Assembly: GCA_002104905.1 (NCBI GenBank)
Contig: MCFE01000238.1
Span: 1-64,000, forward strand
DNA: 64,000 nucleotides
Source of the DNA: Basidiobolus meristosporus CBS 931.73
Taxonomy: Eukaryota > Fungi > Basidiobolomycota
Direction of reading: 5' to 3'
The notes under the pieces are model-generated. The model saw only the letters and a program-made list of their open reading frames with translations, was not told the DNA's origin and made no database searches. The position numbers and the translations under genes are program-made. Position 1 is the first letter of the stretch. Every line of letters starts with the position of its first letter. Shown here one piece after another: positions 47,415-62,217 of the stretch.

Positions 47415-49213
47415 ATGGAAGCCAATCAAGAGATTGAATTCGTCACAACACCATCACTTTCACTTCAATGTCCAGTGTACGTTGTATGCCACTTTGTCTT
47501 TCGCATTTATACAATATTTAACTGTTGACCAAAGCTGCCAAGACGTATGCAAAGATCCTTTAATCACGTCAGTGTGTAATCACTCGTACTGTGCAGCCTG
47601 CATTTATCAATCGCTTGACATTGAGCCTTTGTGTCCTCTATGTCGAACGCGGATTCAACCTGAAAGTAGGTTCATTCAAAGAATACCGTGAATCACTTTA
47701 GCTAACGAGCTTCTGGCGGGATAGTGCTCCATTCGAACCTGGCTTTGAATAGCGTCATAAGCGAGCTGCCTGTATATTGCCCATACAAAAAATACGGATG
47801 CCTCTCCATCATACGTTATGATACCTATAGACATCATGCAGTTTACTGCCCTTTTACGCCGGGCATTTGTGAGCATAGTTCCCTCGGGTGCACTTTCAAA
47901 GGTATAGGACGGTTTCATCTCATTACTTTCTCAATTTACAATGTTGAATATTTAACTCCATTGTCTTAGGCTCAAGGAAAGACATCGAAAAGCATACAAG
48001 GGATTGTGTTTTTGAGAAATTAAAGGGTTACATTGAACAGAATAATACTCGTGTGCGGGAGCTTGAAGAAAAGATCATGGTAAGCAAAGGTCGCTTATAT
48101 GCAGCCACCTATTCAGCTCGTATCGGGTTCAGACTAATTACGCCAACCATTAGGAGCAAGATGCGGAACTAAAGCGATTAAATAAGATTTTGGAAAATTC
48201 GCATATTACAGCCAGGGCTACTGATGAAACCCCTCTTCTGAACCCTCATTCAACTAAGAATGGCGCTTCAGCAGAGGAGAAGGATTGGATCAATGGAGAT
48301 ATATCTTGCCATCAAACCATCACACATCACACATGTGGCGTCACATCCTTGGCCTATAGCTCCGGTAAACTATACGCCGGCGCACATGATGGCTCAACCA
48401 AGATTTTGGATCCTGAGACAGGGGCCTTGATTGAAGATATCCATGGGCATAATATGTCAGTTTGGGCCCTTGCGGTACATCCAGAAAGCAACCGCTTCTT
48501 CAGCGCAAGCTCTGATGGCATTATCAAGGTTTGGGGTGCTTCTGAGGATGAAAGTGAGTGCATCGGAGTCCTCAATAGCCATTCCCACAAGGTATATGGG
48601 CTCATGGTTTCCAACGATCGAGTTTTTTCAGCATCCTCTGACAAAACGGTCAAGATCTGGAATCCACACACCTTGGAGAATGTGACGACCTTTAGTGGCC
48701 ATACGAGCGCTGTGAATGATATCATCGCTCTAGATGATACGCGTATCGCTAGTGCTAGTAGTGATCATACTGTGAGGATCTGGGATGTAACCAGTGGCCA
48801 ATGTCTGCAAACCATTAACATTGGAAATGCCGAGGTGTTGGATTGCTCAGCTGGAGACGGATTGCTTTTTGCTTCCACCTACGATTCGTTGATCCATGTG
48901 TATGACCTCAACGAATATCGCAGCCTCAAGACCCTTTCCGGTCATAACTGGGAGGTATGGCAGCTGTCGTACGCACGTGGGGCCTTGTTTAGCGCTAGTT
49001 TTGATCACACAGTTAAGAGATGGGATACCAGGAATTGGTCTTGCAATGCTACACTGAAAGGCCACAAAGGATTTGTTCATGCCATGATTCTGAACGATGA
49101 CAACCTCATCACTGGCTGCGCAGATCGCACCATAAAGGTATGTGATTTTCGTACTTTCCATCATAGCTTCGTGGCCATGTTAAGCAGGTTATCTCGTCTA
49201 GATCTGGAAATGA
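47415..49213 (+). CDS. RING - TRAF-type zinc finger - coiled coil - WD40 repeat protein (TRAF7-like E3 ligase), spliced
   Basis: MEANQEIEF...CPV|CQDVCKDP..CNHSYC..C...CPLCR (C3HC4 RING); CPYKKYGC...H...CPF..CEHSSLGC; about 7 WD40 repeats in 48190-49138; GT-AG introns near 47477, 47667, 47903, 48080 and 49138-49201; last exon ATC TGG AAA TGA. Confidence 0.88.
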
Positions 49214-49765
49214 GTTGTCAGTAGTATATGAATATTGTTGTTGTTCGAAGTCGTGCTTAATTAGGAGCTAGCCCGAGCTCCCAGCTTATACGTCATTTCG
49301 TTATTCATTTTTTCTCCTACTCTTTCCAATGTACAAACTAACCTTGGTGACAACCGCACGTTAAGGCTGGGACTGATCTTCCTCCCCAACTCCGTATATC
49401 CCATGTGTTCGCCCAAGCAATAAATCCATCTCCGACCTGCCATAGATTCCTTAGATAGCTACGCAAGATGTGCACTCTGTCCACGAGTGTTCGGGATAGC
49501 AGTTGCTGTGTTCACATCCTGTTGTCCGCCTACTGGTTGAACCAAATCTGAAGAATTCTCATGAGCGTAGTAGACCTGACTGCTGGGGTCAGTAGGTTGG
49601 ATTTAAGGTACGGGGCCTCGAGACAGAATGAATAGGCCCACATATCGGATGAACAAAAATACAGCATGATTTATTAGGACATATGAGGGGCATTCTCCTA
49701 CTAGAGATGCTATAAACTGGAACAAGTGCTTCCAGCGAACTACTTTTGACGCTCCGTATGACTCA

Positions 49766-51718
49766 CTAGTAGTTCCCGCGTCTCCGAGGAGCAGCTCTGA
49801 TGATGTCATCAACACGTAGGATCATCTCAGCAGCCTCAGAGGCGCTTAGTAAAACTTGTCTCTTAAGTTTGAAGGATTCAGTAATGCCCAACTCTTGGAC
49901 GTTGGCTACTATTCCATTGTACATATCAAGTCCGGATGCTGACTTGTTTTCGTAATGAGCAGCCTTCAGCTTGGAGACCAAGTCGGCGCTATCATAACCA
50001 GCATTGTCGGCCAAAATGGTAGGGATCTGGCGTAGGGCCTTTGAAAAGGACTCCATAGCAATGGCTTGCTTACCAGGAGTTACAGCGGCAAGCTCATCCA
50101 CCGCCTTGGACATCAGCATCTCAGAACAACCGCCGCCAAGAATAGTGCGTGGTTCCTTAACCGTCTGAGACAATACACAGAGCACATCATGAAGCGAGCG
50201 CTCGGCCTCATCAAGAATTTGATGAGTTGCACCACGAATCACAACAGTGCATGCCTCACCAGCAGCAACTCCAGAGAATTTGACCATTCTATCCTCTCAA
50301 TGATGATTTCTTCAATTAGATCGCATTGACCCAACCGGACTAGTTCAGGGCTGTTGAATGTAGAGGCGATCTCGCACCCGGTAACCAGGGCTAATCTCTC
50401 AACTCCCTCGAAGTCGGCGTATTCAATTGCAGCAATACCAGCGTCTGCAAACAGTTGCTCAGGCCAGTTGTAGATTAGCTGACGGTTGACAAAGCAATTG
50501 ATCCCATGAGCCTTGATCTGCTCTACTTTGTCTTTCATCTTATCTTTCTCAGCTCTTTCCAATTCGGCCAATTTCCCGGTGGCATCTACACGCACGCGGG
50601 CACCGAAGATCTTGATCTTGTCAGTGTCCATGGATGTATTAGCGATCAAGATTTTGACATTCTCGATACGCTTGGGTTGATTCACGCCAATTTTCTTGTC
50701 GAAGATAAAGCCTAGGGGGATTTGGTATGATCTAGGTGAGCAACATCAACCAATTGCAGACTGAACTGCCAACGGGAACGTAGAAGTACCTTCGTCCAGA
50801 AAAGAGTCACACAAGCGGCCGCCAACTTTCTTGATGATCTGGATGTTATCGAGGTTCGTGCTACCATTCAGCCGCAGCACTGCATCGACGGCAAGTTTGG
50901 AGAAGTACTCTTTGTCTTAGGACAATACTTTTGAGCTTAGAGCAGTACGCGCAATGTTGATTAGATCCTTTCTGAATTCATCAACATTTTGGCTATGATC
51001 TTTGGCGGAAGCCTCTAAAGCCTGGTAGACAGCTTTACTAGCAAGTCTGTAACCAGCAATAATAGTTTGGGATGAATCTTCTGATTCACAAGCTTCTCAG
51101 CTTCTCTCAGCAACTCTGAGGCAAGCACACATACCGAAGTGGTGCCATCGCCCACCTCATCATCTTGGACCTTGGAAATATCTGCAAAGGGAAGTCAAGG
51201 AATTACCAGTGGCCAATCCAAGATATTCGTCACCACCACACACGAAAAGGATACTGACTAAAACTTTGGCAGCAGCGTTATCTAACGCAATTGATTTCAG
51301 AATGGTGGCGCCGTCATTGGTCACCATGATAGTGCCATCGGTTGCCGATTGTAAGATTTTATCCTGGACGCCAGAAAACGTGAGCGCTGTGAAAACAGCT
51401 GTAAATAGGGGAAGGAAAACGGTATACCATTCCCTTAGGACCTAAAGTGCTCTTCACCAAATCGCCAACTGCGATGGCTCCAACATAGCAAGACTTGGGG
51501 ATTAAGAGCGTCAGTTTGAATCAAACCAACAGCGGCAATGATGGGCAACTAACCAAACGTGCAATCTCAGCACGCTCTTGGGAAGCTTCTTCACCGAAGA
51601 TCTGAACAGAAGCAAGGGACTAGTGGGGATAAGAAACAGGTTATCCTTGTTGGAAAGTGGTAGAACTAGTACCGGCACTGGTGGGAGTGTAGGTGTTCCG
51701 CGGAGCAATCCTTACCAT
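49766..51718 (-). pseudogene. CCT2: T-complex protein 1 subunit beta (CCT2), spliced, apparently disrupted
   Basis: M|SLASVQIFGEEASQERAEIARL, GDLVKSTLGPKGM|DK, TNDGATIL, GDGTTSV and C-terminal [18 protein letters not shown]. Lesions: 1-bp deletion near 51070 (IHPQTII), TAA at 50919-50917 (LSQDK) and 1-bp deletion near 50298 (IIGEDR). Confidence 0.88.
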
Positions 51719-52158
51719 GATATGCACAAATGGCTGGGAGTCAAGCCCTGCAGGAGTTGCGCAATGTCTAGCTTGGCTCGGATTTATCACATCATCAAAT
51801 TCATCGGACACCCCTCTCCCCGGTAACAAACTACGGATCCGGAGGATCGTTTTTTTCGGAATCTCCTGGTGATGACTCCCAAATATTCTCTGGGTTGTTC
51901 CCTGTGGGGAAATCCGATGGATTGCGGCTCACCGCCCTCCAATACTATACGAAAATGGGACCTCATCTGCTTTGTTCTATCAGTAGTGGAAAGGTTTATT
52001 TTTGGCATATTATATACTTGACGTTTACAGCTCTAACACCAAAAGTTAGGACAACATGGGTTAGAAAAAGGAGAGGCGGGGAGGGTTTAATAATTTAGGA
52101 TGGCCTATCCATCAAGGGCATTTGGTATACAAAGGTCCAACCAGAGAGTAGGTTGACG

Positions 52159-52374
52159 TCAGTTCACCGAGGTCTTCACACGCACGCTGTGGAGCTTACG
52201 CTCCAGTTTGGTCTTGATGGGTAGATAATAGTTGTGAGAGAGCTCCAGCAGGCCATTGTATGCGGTTAGGCTGACATATAGACATAGATCGAAGCCGATG
52301 AGCAGGAGAACAGGCAGTATAGCCAGGAGCGGGAGAAAGAGAAGGGAAGGGCTGAATTCAAAGAAGCTGTACAT
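52159..52374 (-). CDS. Hypothetical 71-aa single-pass membrane microprotein
   Basis: ATG-started ORF with a long hydrophobic stretch (LLFLPLLAILPVLLLIGF) and a basic tail; no homology recognised. Confidence 0.3.
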   Translation of the reverse strand: MYSFFEFSPSLLFLPLLAILPVLLLIGFDLCLYVSLTAYNGLLELSHNYYLPIKTKLERKLHSVRVKTSVN

Positions 52375-52902
52375 TTTAACGAGCGTCGCCTAGGGAAGTC
52401 AAGCCTGATATATAACTCCTTTTGCCAATGCCAGTGGAAGCGAGTTGAGAGTAGGTGGCGTGAGGAAAGCGACAAGAAATAGTGGCCAGATGGGGCATTC
52501 CTGAGTCTCAGGTCGAGCCCCCATTGGCTTATCCTACTCAGGTGAGCATTCAGAGTACTGGTTAACAGCTTATCATTCAAATAGATGGTCTCATTTTCCT
52601 GATAACTGTAATCACACCAATCATCAAGGTCGCGACGTGAATGAACGGTTAGCGGGTGGCTTAGCTTACGGCAATGGACGGAAAAACATATATAACCATA
52701 TCAGCCATATCAACCATTGTTTGTGGCCGATATACTGTATCTCACATAAATTATGAATCCCAGCCAAGCACACAGGCAGTCTTCCAAATCAACCATCAAG
52801 GAATCTTGAGTTACCATGTACGCAGACCAACGAGTGGCGTCTATTTTATTTAGTCTGACAATCCCCATGATTCTATTAATATTAGTATGATCTAAAATTC
52901 AG

Positions 52903-53640
52903 TTATGCCATCTCTCCGAAATTCTGTCGCCGTTGTTCACACACAATCAGCTCCCGCAACAAATCGGAGAGCACCTCCAGTGGATTGCGTCTTGTGTTTG
53001 AGTCCAATGATGCCTGACTGGCGACAGGGTTCAAATCTCCGTCCAATACTCCATTTTCCACACGCAATAGTGAGTCAGTCTCTGATAGCATGGAGGCATC
53101 CGTATTCATACGGTCCACTCGAGCATCCAGGACCAAGCGATACAATTGCGTAAAAAATTCTAGATTCGCTTGAGGTCTTGTAGGATTGGGCGCTTGGCAA
53201 GAGGAATTTGGTTCCAGCTGCGAATGGCAATCAAACCTTCGCTCGTTATCATAGGTGCGTATCGGAAGCCCCATTTGGTTGTAGGTCTTGGAAGCCTAGA
53301 GTGCTGTGGAAAATGGGTAGGAGAGCGCGCCGATCAATAGTATCTTGATAGCTAATCCTATGATTACTCCGGTTCAGATTTATATGGGTGGTTCTCGTAG
53401 AAACAGGACCTATGGATATTGTGTTGGTGGTTTCACGACCAAAGTACAAGTGGCCATTGTGTTATCTGAGCATTGTTTCGTATGTGTTACAACCAGTATC
53501 AGATCCAGGAAGTTGATATTTATGACATTTTCCTGAAACCAATGTGAATGGTATGTCATTTCACACCAATCTTCCCTGCGATATTTTGCTGATATGCACA
53601 AATGAGCTTTGTCTTTTGATACTATGGCACTTGGCACATC
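52903..53640 (-). CDS. Hypothetical, probably spliced protein
   Basis: Two consecutive same-strand ORFs (53410-53637 and 52903-53274) with protein-like composition; exon structure not resolved. Confidence 0.35.
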
Positions 53641-54463
53641 TCCACCGGCTAATCTGCGTTCGTTTGTGGATGATGGCTTAATATTGCAAATTATCTACGG
53701 TGATCAAATTGGCTCTAGTCCTCCAAAATCATCTACCCATATGGATGCCGGCCAATCACCTTCACTGGGATTGTGTCCGTACTGAACTGCAAGATCTAGG
53801 TGTTCTATATATAGATGACCATTGTCTGTCGTAGGTACGGAGCTCTGATGACCTAATTGTCGACGGCCCCATATGTTGCACAACTATCGATTTGAAAACA
53901 GAGTTGCTATGCTGCTGCTCCGTCCTCTCACACGATCCCAGATTGCAGTGGGCTGCGCGTCACCAATGTGGTGGAGTCATATTCCAATCAGAAAAACAGC
54001 TGCTCACGGGGATTTTGGTCAATACCCGAGGGTCCGTGGAAATCCTATTTAACTCGAATAATTCATATGAGTAGAGCCTTCGGGGTATTAAACCATATAT
54101 ATGTCCCTTGATTTAAGATTGTCCACGTATGATTGGTCAGTGGCACAATAGAGTTTGGTTGCGTTGATTTGGTAGGTCTACATTTGCTGGCTTTGCTAAA
54201 AACGGTGGCAATATCGTCCATAGTCTTGAGGATGAAACACTCCTCTATTTGCTCGATTGCCGGAGTAGGCAATGTGTAGAGGAGCCAAGGATTTCTACGG
54301 TCATTCTGGTACGACATCGAATCAACTAAATACTAGGGGGCAGCAATTTTGATTCTTGGCTTGTGAGACCTGTAGTATTTCGTTCCACTCGACTTGGAGT
54401 TTCGCTTTTATTTGTTAATTCACCACCCCATCCACCGTCCTACTAGAGAATTCAAGAGGCAAG

Positions 54464-55806
54464 ATGTACAAGCAGCATGAAAAGGATCTGGAAATGGGAA
54501 CCCTCCGCAATGCTCACTCTCAAACAACGTCTCTTGAAGACTTTTTTACAGAGGTTATTCATCATGTTATAGATATCCTCTAGCTATCCACTCAATTTTC
54601 GCATAGGCTCAAACAATAGAGGAATCTATTGAGAAAATCAACGGCAATATCAAGACTATTGCTGAGCTGCACTCCCACTCCTTGGACCTTGTGAGCAACG
54701 AAGAGTCTTTACGTAGGTTCAGTTTTCTTCTGTCTGTGGGTATTCTATTCGACGCTAAAGGGTATCAAAATACTCCCAATAGGAATCTCGCATGGTTTGG
54801 ACCGGACCATCAACGAAACACGGCTACAGCTAATCGACACTAAGAACCGAATTCAGGGTTAGTTCCATGGCTGGGGTCGGTTTCGATATTCACGATATTT
54901 ATTTTGTTTTCTAGCCATGGAAGTTGAAAACCGGAAAATCCATGTCTCTTCCAACTCCCAAATAAGAAGAAATCGAGTAAGTGCTGTATGGGATTTCACG
55001 CTGAGCCCCCGCAGTGTACCTAAGTGAACTTTTGTCAGTAGCATGCCGCATTGAAAATGAAGTTTCTGAATTCGTTGAAGAGCTATCAAAGTATAGAAGT
55101 CACTTACAGAGATAAATATCAACAAATGATCGAAAGACAAATTCGAATTGGTTGGTACCGCTTCTTCTCGAACATTCCCTTGCCTATGTCTAACGGTCTT
55201 CCAAGTCAATCCCGATGCTACGGACGAAGATATTGGCGCGGCTCTGGATAACGAGCATGGTGGTGTCTTTGCACAGGCGGTCAGCATAATGTTGTGACAT
55301 CGTTTACTAAACTTGCGCAAAACTCACATTCGCTCTTCGGGGACTAGATTATGAAATCTAATCGAACCAATGAGGCCCGGAGCGTGTTTCAAGCTGTACA
55401 AGACCGACATGCGGATGTCAAGAAGATTGAAAAAACCATCCTTGTATGTTCGTGTGCTACGATGTGTAAGAGTTGCTTTACTGACCCGTTACATCGGTAC
55501 GACAGGAGCTTTCAAACTTGTTCCAGGAAATGCATCTGTTGGTGGATACTCAGGCAGAGACGCTTGACCGTATCGAAGCACAGATGTCAGAAGCAGTCAT
55601 TCACACCAGTCAGGCCGAAAAAGAGCTTTCCGGGGCAATGGGTCATGCTACAAGCGCTAGGAAGGTGAGAACAAGCATATAACGTTGACTCTACATCCAA
55701 ACTCACCTCAAGTATCTCCACGGAATAGAAAAAATGGTGCCTCATCATCTCAGCCATAGTACTTCTAATCATCATCATTGTGGTGATTATTGTTCAAGTT
55801 AGTTGA
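54464..55806 (+). CDS. SSO1: Plasma-membrane syntaxin (Sso1/Sso2/syntaxin-1-like Qa-SNARE), spliced
   Basis: Habc-like helices; SNARE motif VQDRHADVKKIEKTIL|ELSNLFQEMHLLVDTQAETLDRIE; final exon KKWCLIISAIVLLIIIIVVIIVQVS* (tail anchor); multiple GT-AG introns. Start codon is tentative. Confidence 0.88.
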
Positions 55807-56422
55807 AGGCTACACATTCAGGAATAAATTGACCAGATGCACGAAAGAGAGTTTGTCGGTGTATCTATGGTGTGATTCATGGATGAGTCGATCATGTTTG
55901 TATCAAGCTCAGGGAGTAATGAAAGAATGGGGTTGGATTGCCCTGTGAGGGATCGCTCGGGGATTGTGGAAAGAACTCATCTGCTTCTGTTGAACGGTGA
56001 TGTAGAGATGTGGCTAGGAGCTATGGATATGACAAAATCCACACGATATTAGCATCCTTACAAATAGAGAAAGGAGTACAAGCATTTGTCGAGTTGGTCT
56101 GAATTTTTCAAGGAAGTATTCCTGCAATCCTGATCGATACCATTGGACTTTGTGCCCTTATAATTATCATGATGCAAGCTGGGAAATCCGGTGTACCGTG
56201 TGGAAAAGCCCAGCTTACCGACAAACATGCAGTGTCTTGGTATTTTTCATTTATTTCGCCTGCTGCTTGAGATGGAGTAATGGGGAGGCAGCCAATACAA
56301 TAATAACGCCACAAAGAAATAGATACAGAAAGCCTCATGATTCGATCGGCTCCAGACACGTTTAACTGTAGCTCAAACAAATGCCGCCCGGTCTGAGATG
56401 AAATTCCACAGGCAGGCCTATG

Positions 56423-57073
56423 TTACCAGATAGCGTTTCCAAAGATCAAATCATCTGGGTCATCATGGCTGTAGCAGCTCAGCTTGCCTCTAACGTAGCT
56501 TTTGAAGATACTGTACAATCTCTCCTCCAACCGGTTCTTTTTACTGAATTTCTCTCCTACATCAGTGAATGCAATTCTCTCAAAATTGACTCGAAATTTT
56601 TCAGAAAAGGTGTACGCAAACCATCGGTGGTGTGTTTCAATTAAATAAGGTTCAAACGACTCGACCAGAAGGTGAAGAGAGTTCCAGTCTTGCTTCTTAT
56701 GAATAAAGAGTTTGTTATGTAAGGCATATGGTAGAAGAGTGGCATAGTGGACAACACGCATATCATAGACTGTTCGCCAGCCAGCAGAGTTGAAATCCAG
56801 CAGCGGTGGGGCGGTAGTTTCTACGTAGTTGAGGATGAATCCATCTTCCAGTGGTATTTTGAGTTGGTTCGCTATGGCAAGTCCTTTGGAAGGCCAGTGT
56901 TTGCAGTTGGTAAAATACCATTTCTTCACGAACATTCGATTGTCAAGTGCTTCATTTAAAAACTCGCAACTCGAACGTAAAGAACATACATCGCCCCAGT
57001 CGGTAACAGAAAGCACAATCATATGGATGATCTCCAGCGGAAGTTGGGCTATTGGGAAAGGCTTTGTTGTCAT
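56423..57073 (-). CDS. F-box-like domain protein
   Basis: N-terminal AQLPLEIIHMIVLSVTDWGDVCSLRSSC fits an F-box pattern; ORF track 56423-57148, likely start MTTKPF at 57073. Confidence 0.7.
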   Translation of the reverse strand: MTTKPFPIAQLPLEIIHMIVLSVTDWGDVCSLRSSCEFLNEALDNRMFVKKWYFTNCKHWPSKGLAIANQLKIPLEDGFILNYVETTAPPLLDFNSAGWRTVYDMRVVHYATLLPYALHNKLFIHKKQDWNSLHLLVESFEPYLIETHHRWFAYTFSEKFRVNFERIAFTDVGEKFSKKNRLEERLYSIFKSYVRGKLSCYSHDDPDDLIFGNAIW

Positions 57074-58036
57074 CTTGGATTGCGGGTTGTTGGAATTCAA
57101 GGTGCGAGTGTCTAGAAGCATGAATAACTCCCTGGCTGTGACTTGCAAAATAGGGGCCCACTATAAGAGGCAACTACCAATGGTAACAAAACAATCACAT
57201 TGTCATTGAGCGCAGCAACTACGAAATTTTGTCAGATGAAACAAGGTGACCGGGGATTTCCATTTCATCATATGGATTGCTGGGTATTCATGGAAAATCA
57301 CTCACATGGCTCGCCAGTCCAACCGGTTGGGGTGTAAATATATACATTTATCAAATTTATTTTACATACCATTTGATAGCCAAGCCAAGCACCAATCTGA
57401 ATGCAGCAGCAACGATTCCTCAGGCTTGCTCACAGTAGCCAGGAAACTCAGCATGTAAATTAAGATGGGGAGCTGATGTTGAGAGGTGTGGTGACTAATC
57501 ACGACCAGGCCGCTCCTTCAGACATGGTGCTGTGTGTGGGCTAACAGCTTTTCCCACTGGGCGGAGGTTACCACCGCCACTACAAACCGAGGACTCGACA
57601 GAGAACGATGCAGTGGTAGCTCGAACAACTCATGTCAATTGTAGTATGGTGCCTTCACTTGGGAAGTCTAGAATGGTGAAATGCTTTGCACTGCAAATAT
57701 ATATGCTATAGAACCGATTGCTCAGATATCATGATGTGCTTAAATTAAAACCAAGTCTGCTCAAACCATTATGGTAAATCATCCAACTGAAATAGGAATA
57801 TGGGCTCGTTACGAAGTTTCATGCATTTCAAACCGTGTTTCTTGGAAACCCTGATATTTTTATATATTGTGGTTATTTGCACTTGAGATTTCATCCACTC
57901 TGGTCCTTGAAATTCAACCGAATTTTTTTCTTACCTGAAACTGGTTGGAATTGGTATATCACACGAACAATATAGCACGCCCTAAGTTAGCAACCTTGAG
58001 CATTGTGAGCATTTTAGCAGAAGAAATAAAGCCAGT

Positions 58037-60344
<2,308 letters not shown>

Positions 60345-60591
60345 ATACTTTTATAAAGTCACCACTTGCGATCACGAACTGCCCTAGGCACATTTCATGG
60401 GGTGAAGCGTGCAATTATGGACACGAACGGCTTTTTGTCCGACACGAATAATAGCCGATATTGACACTACTCTTAGAGACGGACTAATAAAACCCGGATA
60501 GATCAACGTTAGATGTCTGCTTGTTGTTAAGAAAATAACCCTCGTGCTCAAGTATTTATTAATCCTGTGTGTTATAAATGATATAGTTGCT

Positions 60592-61173
60592 TTAAACGAC
60601 TCCTGTCTTTCTGGTAAATTTAAACATCCTATTCAAGGACTTCTTAAAAGATACTGCTGGCTTGGTCCGCTTGTATGAATCAAGGTATTCAATTTGTCGA
60701 TTGTTGAATGCCCCTCGGCGTTTGGCTCGAATAAATTCAATTGCATTCAATGATTCCATACCTGACTCAATCAGGGCTAAGGCGACCAAAACCGGGGCTC
60801 GACCGAGCCCTGCCACACAATGTATAGCGATGGTATTTGTTTCACCTTGCCTGTTGCGTTTGCCGCATGAGTCAACAAGGTTCAGCCATTTCTTGATAAT
60901 CATTGAGGAAGGTATGCTCCCGTCTGGAAATGGCAGGTCATGAATAGCAATACCAGCGTTAATAAGCGGCTCAGTGGAATAGGTGGGCTCGCAAACTCGT
61001 ACTACGTCTGTCACAAGATAATGGTGGAATTCACGAAGATAAATCTGGATGTTGGAGTTTGTTGGACAATCCAGGATAAGAAAACGAAGGTCTTTGTACT
61101 CGATAAAAGAAACCAAAGCGTCCAGAACAGATGCTTTAGGTTGCTGGGGCTTGGTGCGAAGTTCAGCGGGCAT
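60592..61173 (-). CDS. PTP4A: PRL-type (PTP4A) protein tyrosine phosphatase, 193 aa, intronless
   Basis: RFLILDCPTN, VVRVCEPTY, FPDG (WPD-loop equivalent), HCVAGLGRAP active site, IRAKRRGAFN..Q. Confidence 0.92.
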   Translation of the reverse strand: MPAELRTKPQQPKASVLDALVSFIEYKDLRFLILDCPTNSNIQIYLREFHHYLVTDVVRVCEPTYSTEPLINAGIAIHDLPFPDGSIPSSMIIKKWLNLVDSCGKRNRQGETNTIAIHCVAGLGRAPVLVALALIESGMESLNAIEFIRAKRRGAFNNRQIEYLDSYKRTKPAVSFKKSLNRMFKFTRKTGVV

Positions 61174-62217
61174 TATGGAAAAGTCTTGCTAGCGCGCGAA
61201 TAAACGTTGATTGATTTCAGTAGTTAACCGTCACCGACTGTTGGTGAGTGTTGGGCTACGCAGAAGGTAATGGTTTGGCGTGAGATAGCGATAGAGAGGA
61301 TAAGTGCAGGTGAATATTGAACAATTGAATGTCTGTCCTGGTAATGGGCCTTTCTCATGTTACGTTGGTACGGAATACAGGAGGGACCTTGTGATAAAAA
61401 CTGGAGTGTTGATTGTTCTTTGGAGGAGGTAATCCTTTTTTGAGTTGAATTCAGTGACCAACCACTTGTATTTATACATTCCCAAATAAATTATACATAA
61501 ACAAATGCCATCACAAAGATGCCCGATACACATGTACATATTCTTATAGTACTGATGATAATTTTGATGGCGAATATGATTGGAGTATCAATCTAATTAG
61601 AATATCTAACCGTTAATCAGGAGCGTATTTGAGATTAATAATAGCGCGTAAACTAAGGGGTTGAGACTCGTTGACGAATCAGCAGGCGGGAGGCTTCAAC
61701 GAGTGACGCAGCATGCTGAGGCCTCGAATCAAGTAATCAACACCCGTTCTTATGGAACGGTGATACCAAATTAAGGAACCCTTGTGACGAAACAGCACCA
61801 AGTAGCAGTCAAATACAGTCAGAGTGATGTAATCCTATTTTCCAATGATCAGAATTGCTGGACTGCATATGTTGATCAAGTGATGTTCTGACCAAGCAGC
61901 AAGTAGTGACGATTACAAACCAAAACTTGTTGTCTGAAAGATGGGTGTGGTACGTATGCCGTTTCTCATATTCAATGGAACATTCAATTCGACAGTTTTG
62001 TTTGTTCAAATGCGGGATGTGGAACAACTCTGTTAAGTCTAAATGCTAGAATCTGCAGTATATTAGAATACTCTAAATTGTTATATTATTCAAATAAAGT
62101 TAAAGCCAGATCAGTGATGTGTGTTTCTTGAATGAATTCAGATCAGGTCAGTGCTGGGCTATTTAGTATTCATACATGAATTAATCTCAATATTAATATA
62201 CAGGCAGGTGATGAGAC

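Noticed and set aside
53027-53040. gggttcaaatc resembling a tRNA T-loop
   Set aside because: No cloverleaf or A-box can be built around it, and it lies within a probable coding exon.
61666-61704. 9-bp inverted repeat actcgttga...tcaacgagt as an ncRNA or terminator
   Set aside because: Single short stem in intergenic DNA, expected by chance; no RNA family features.
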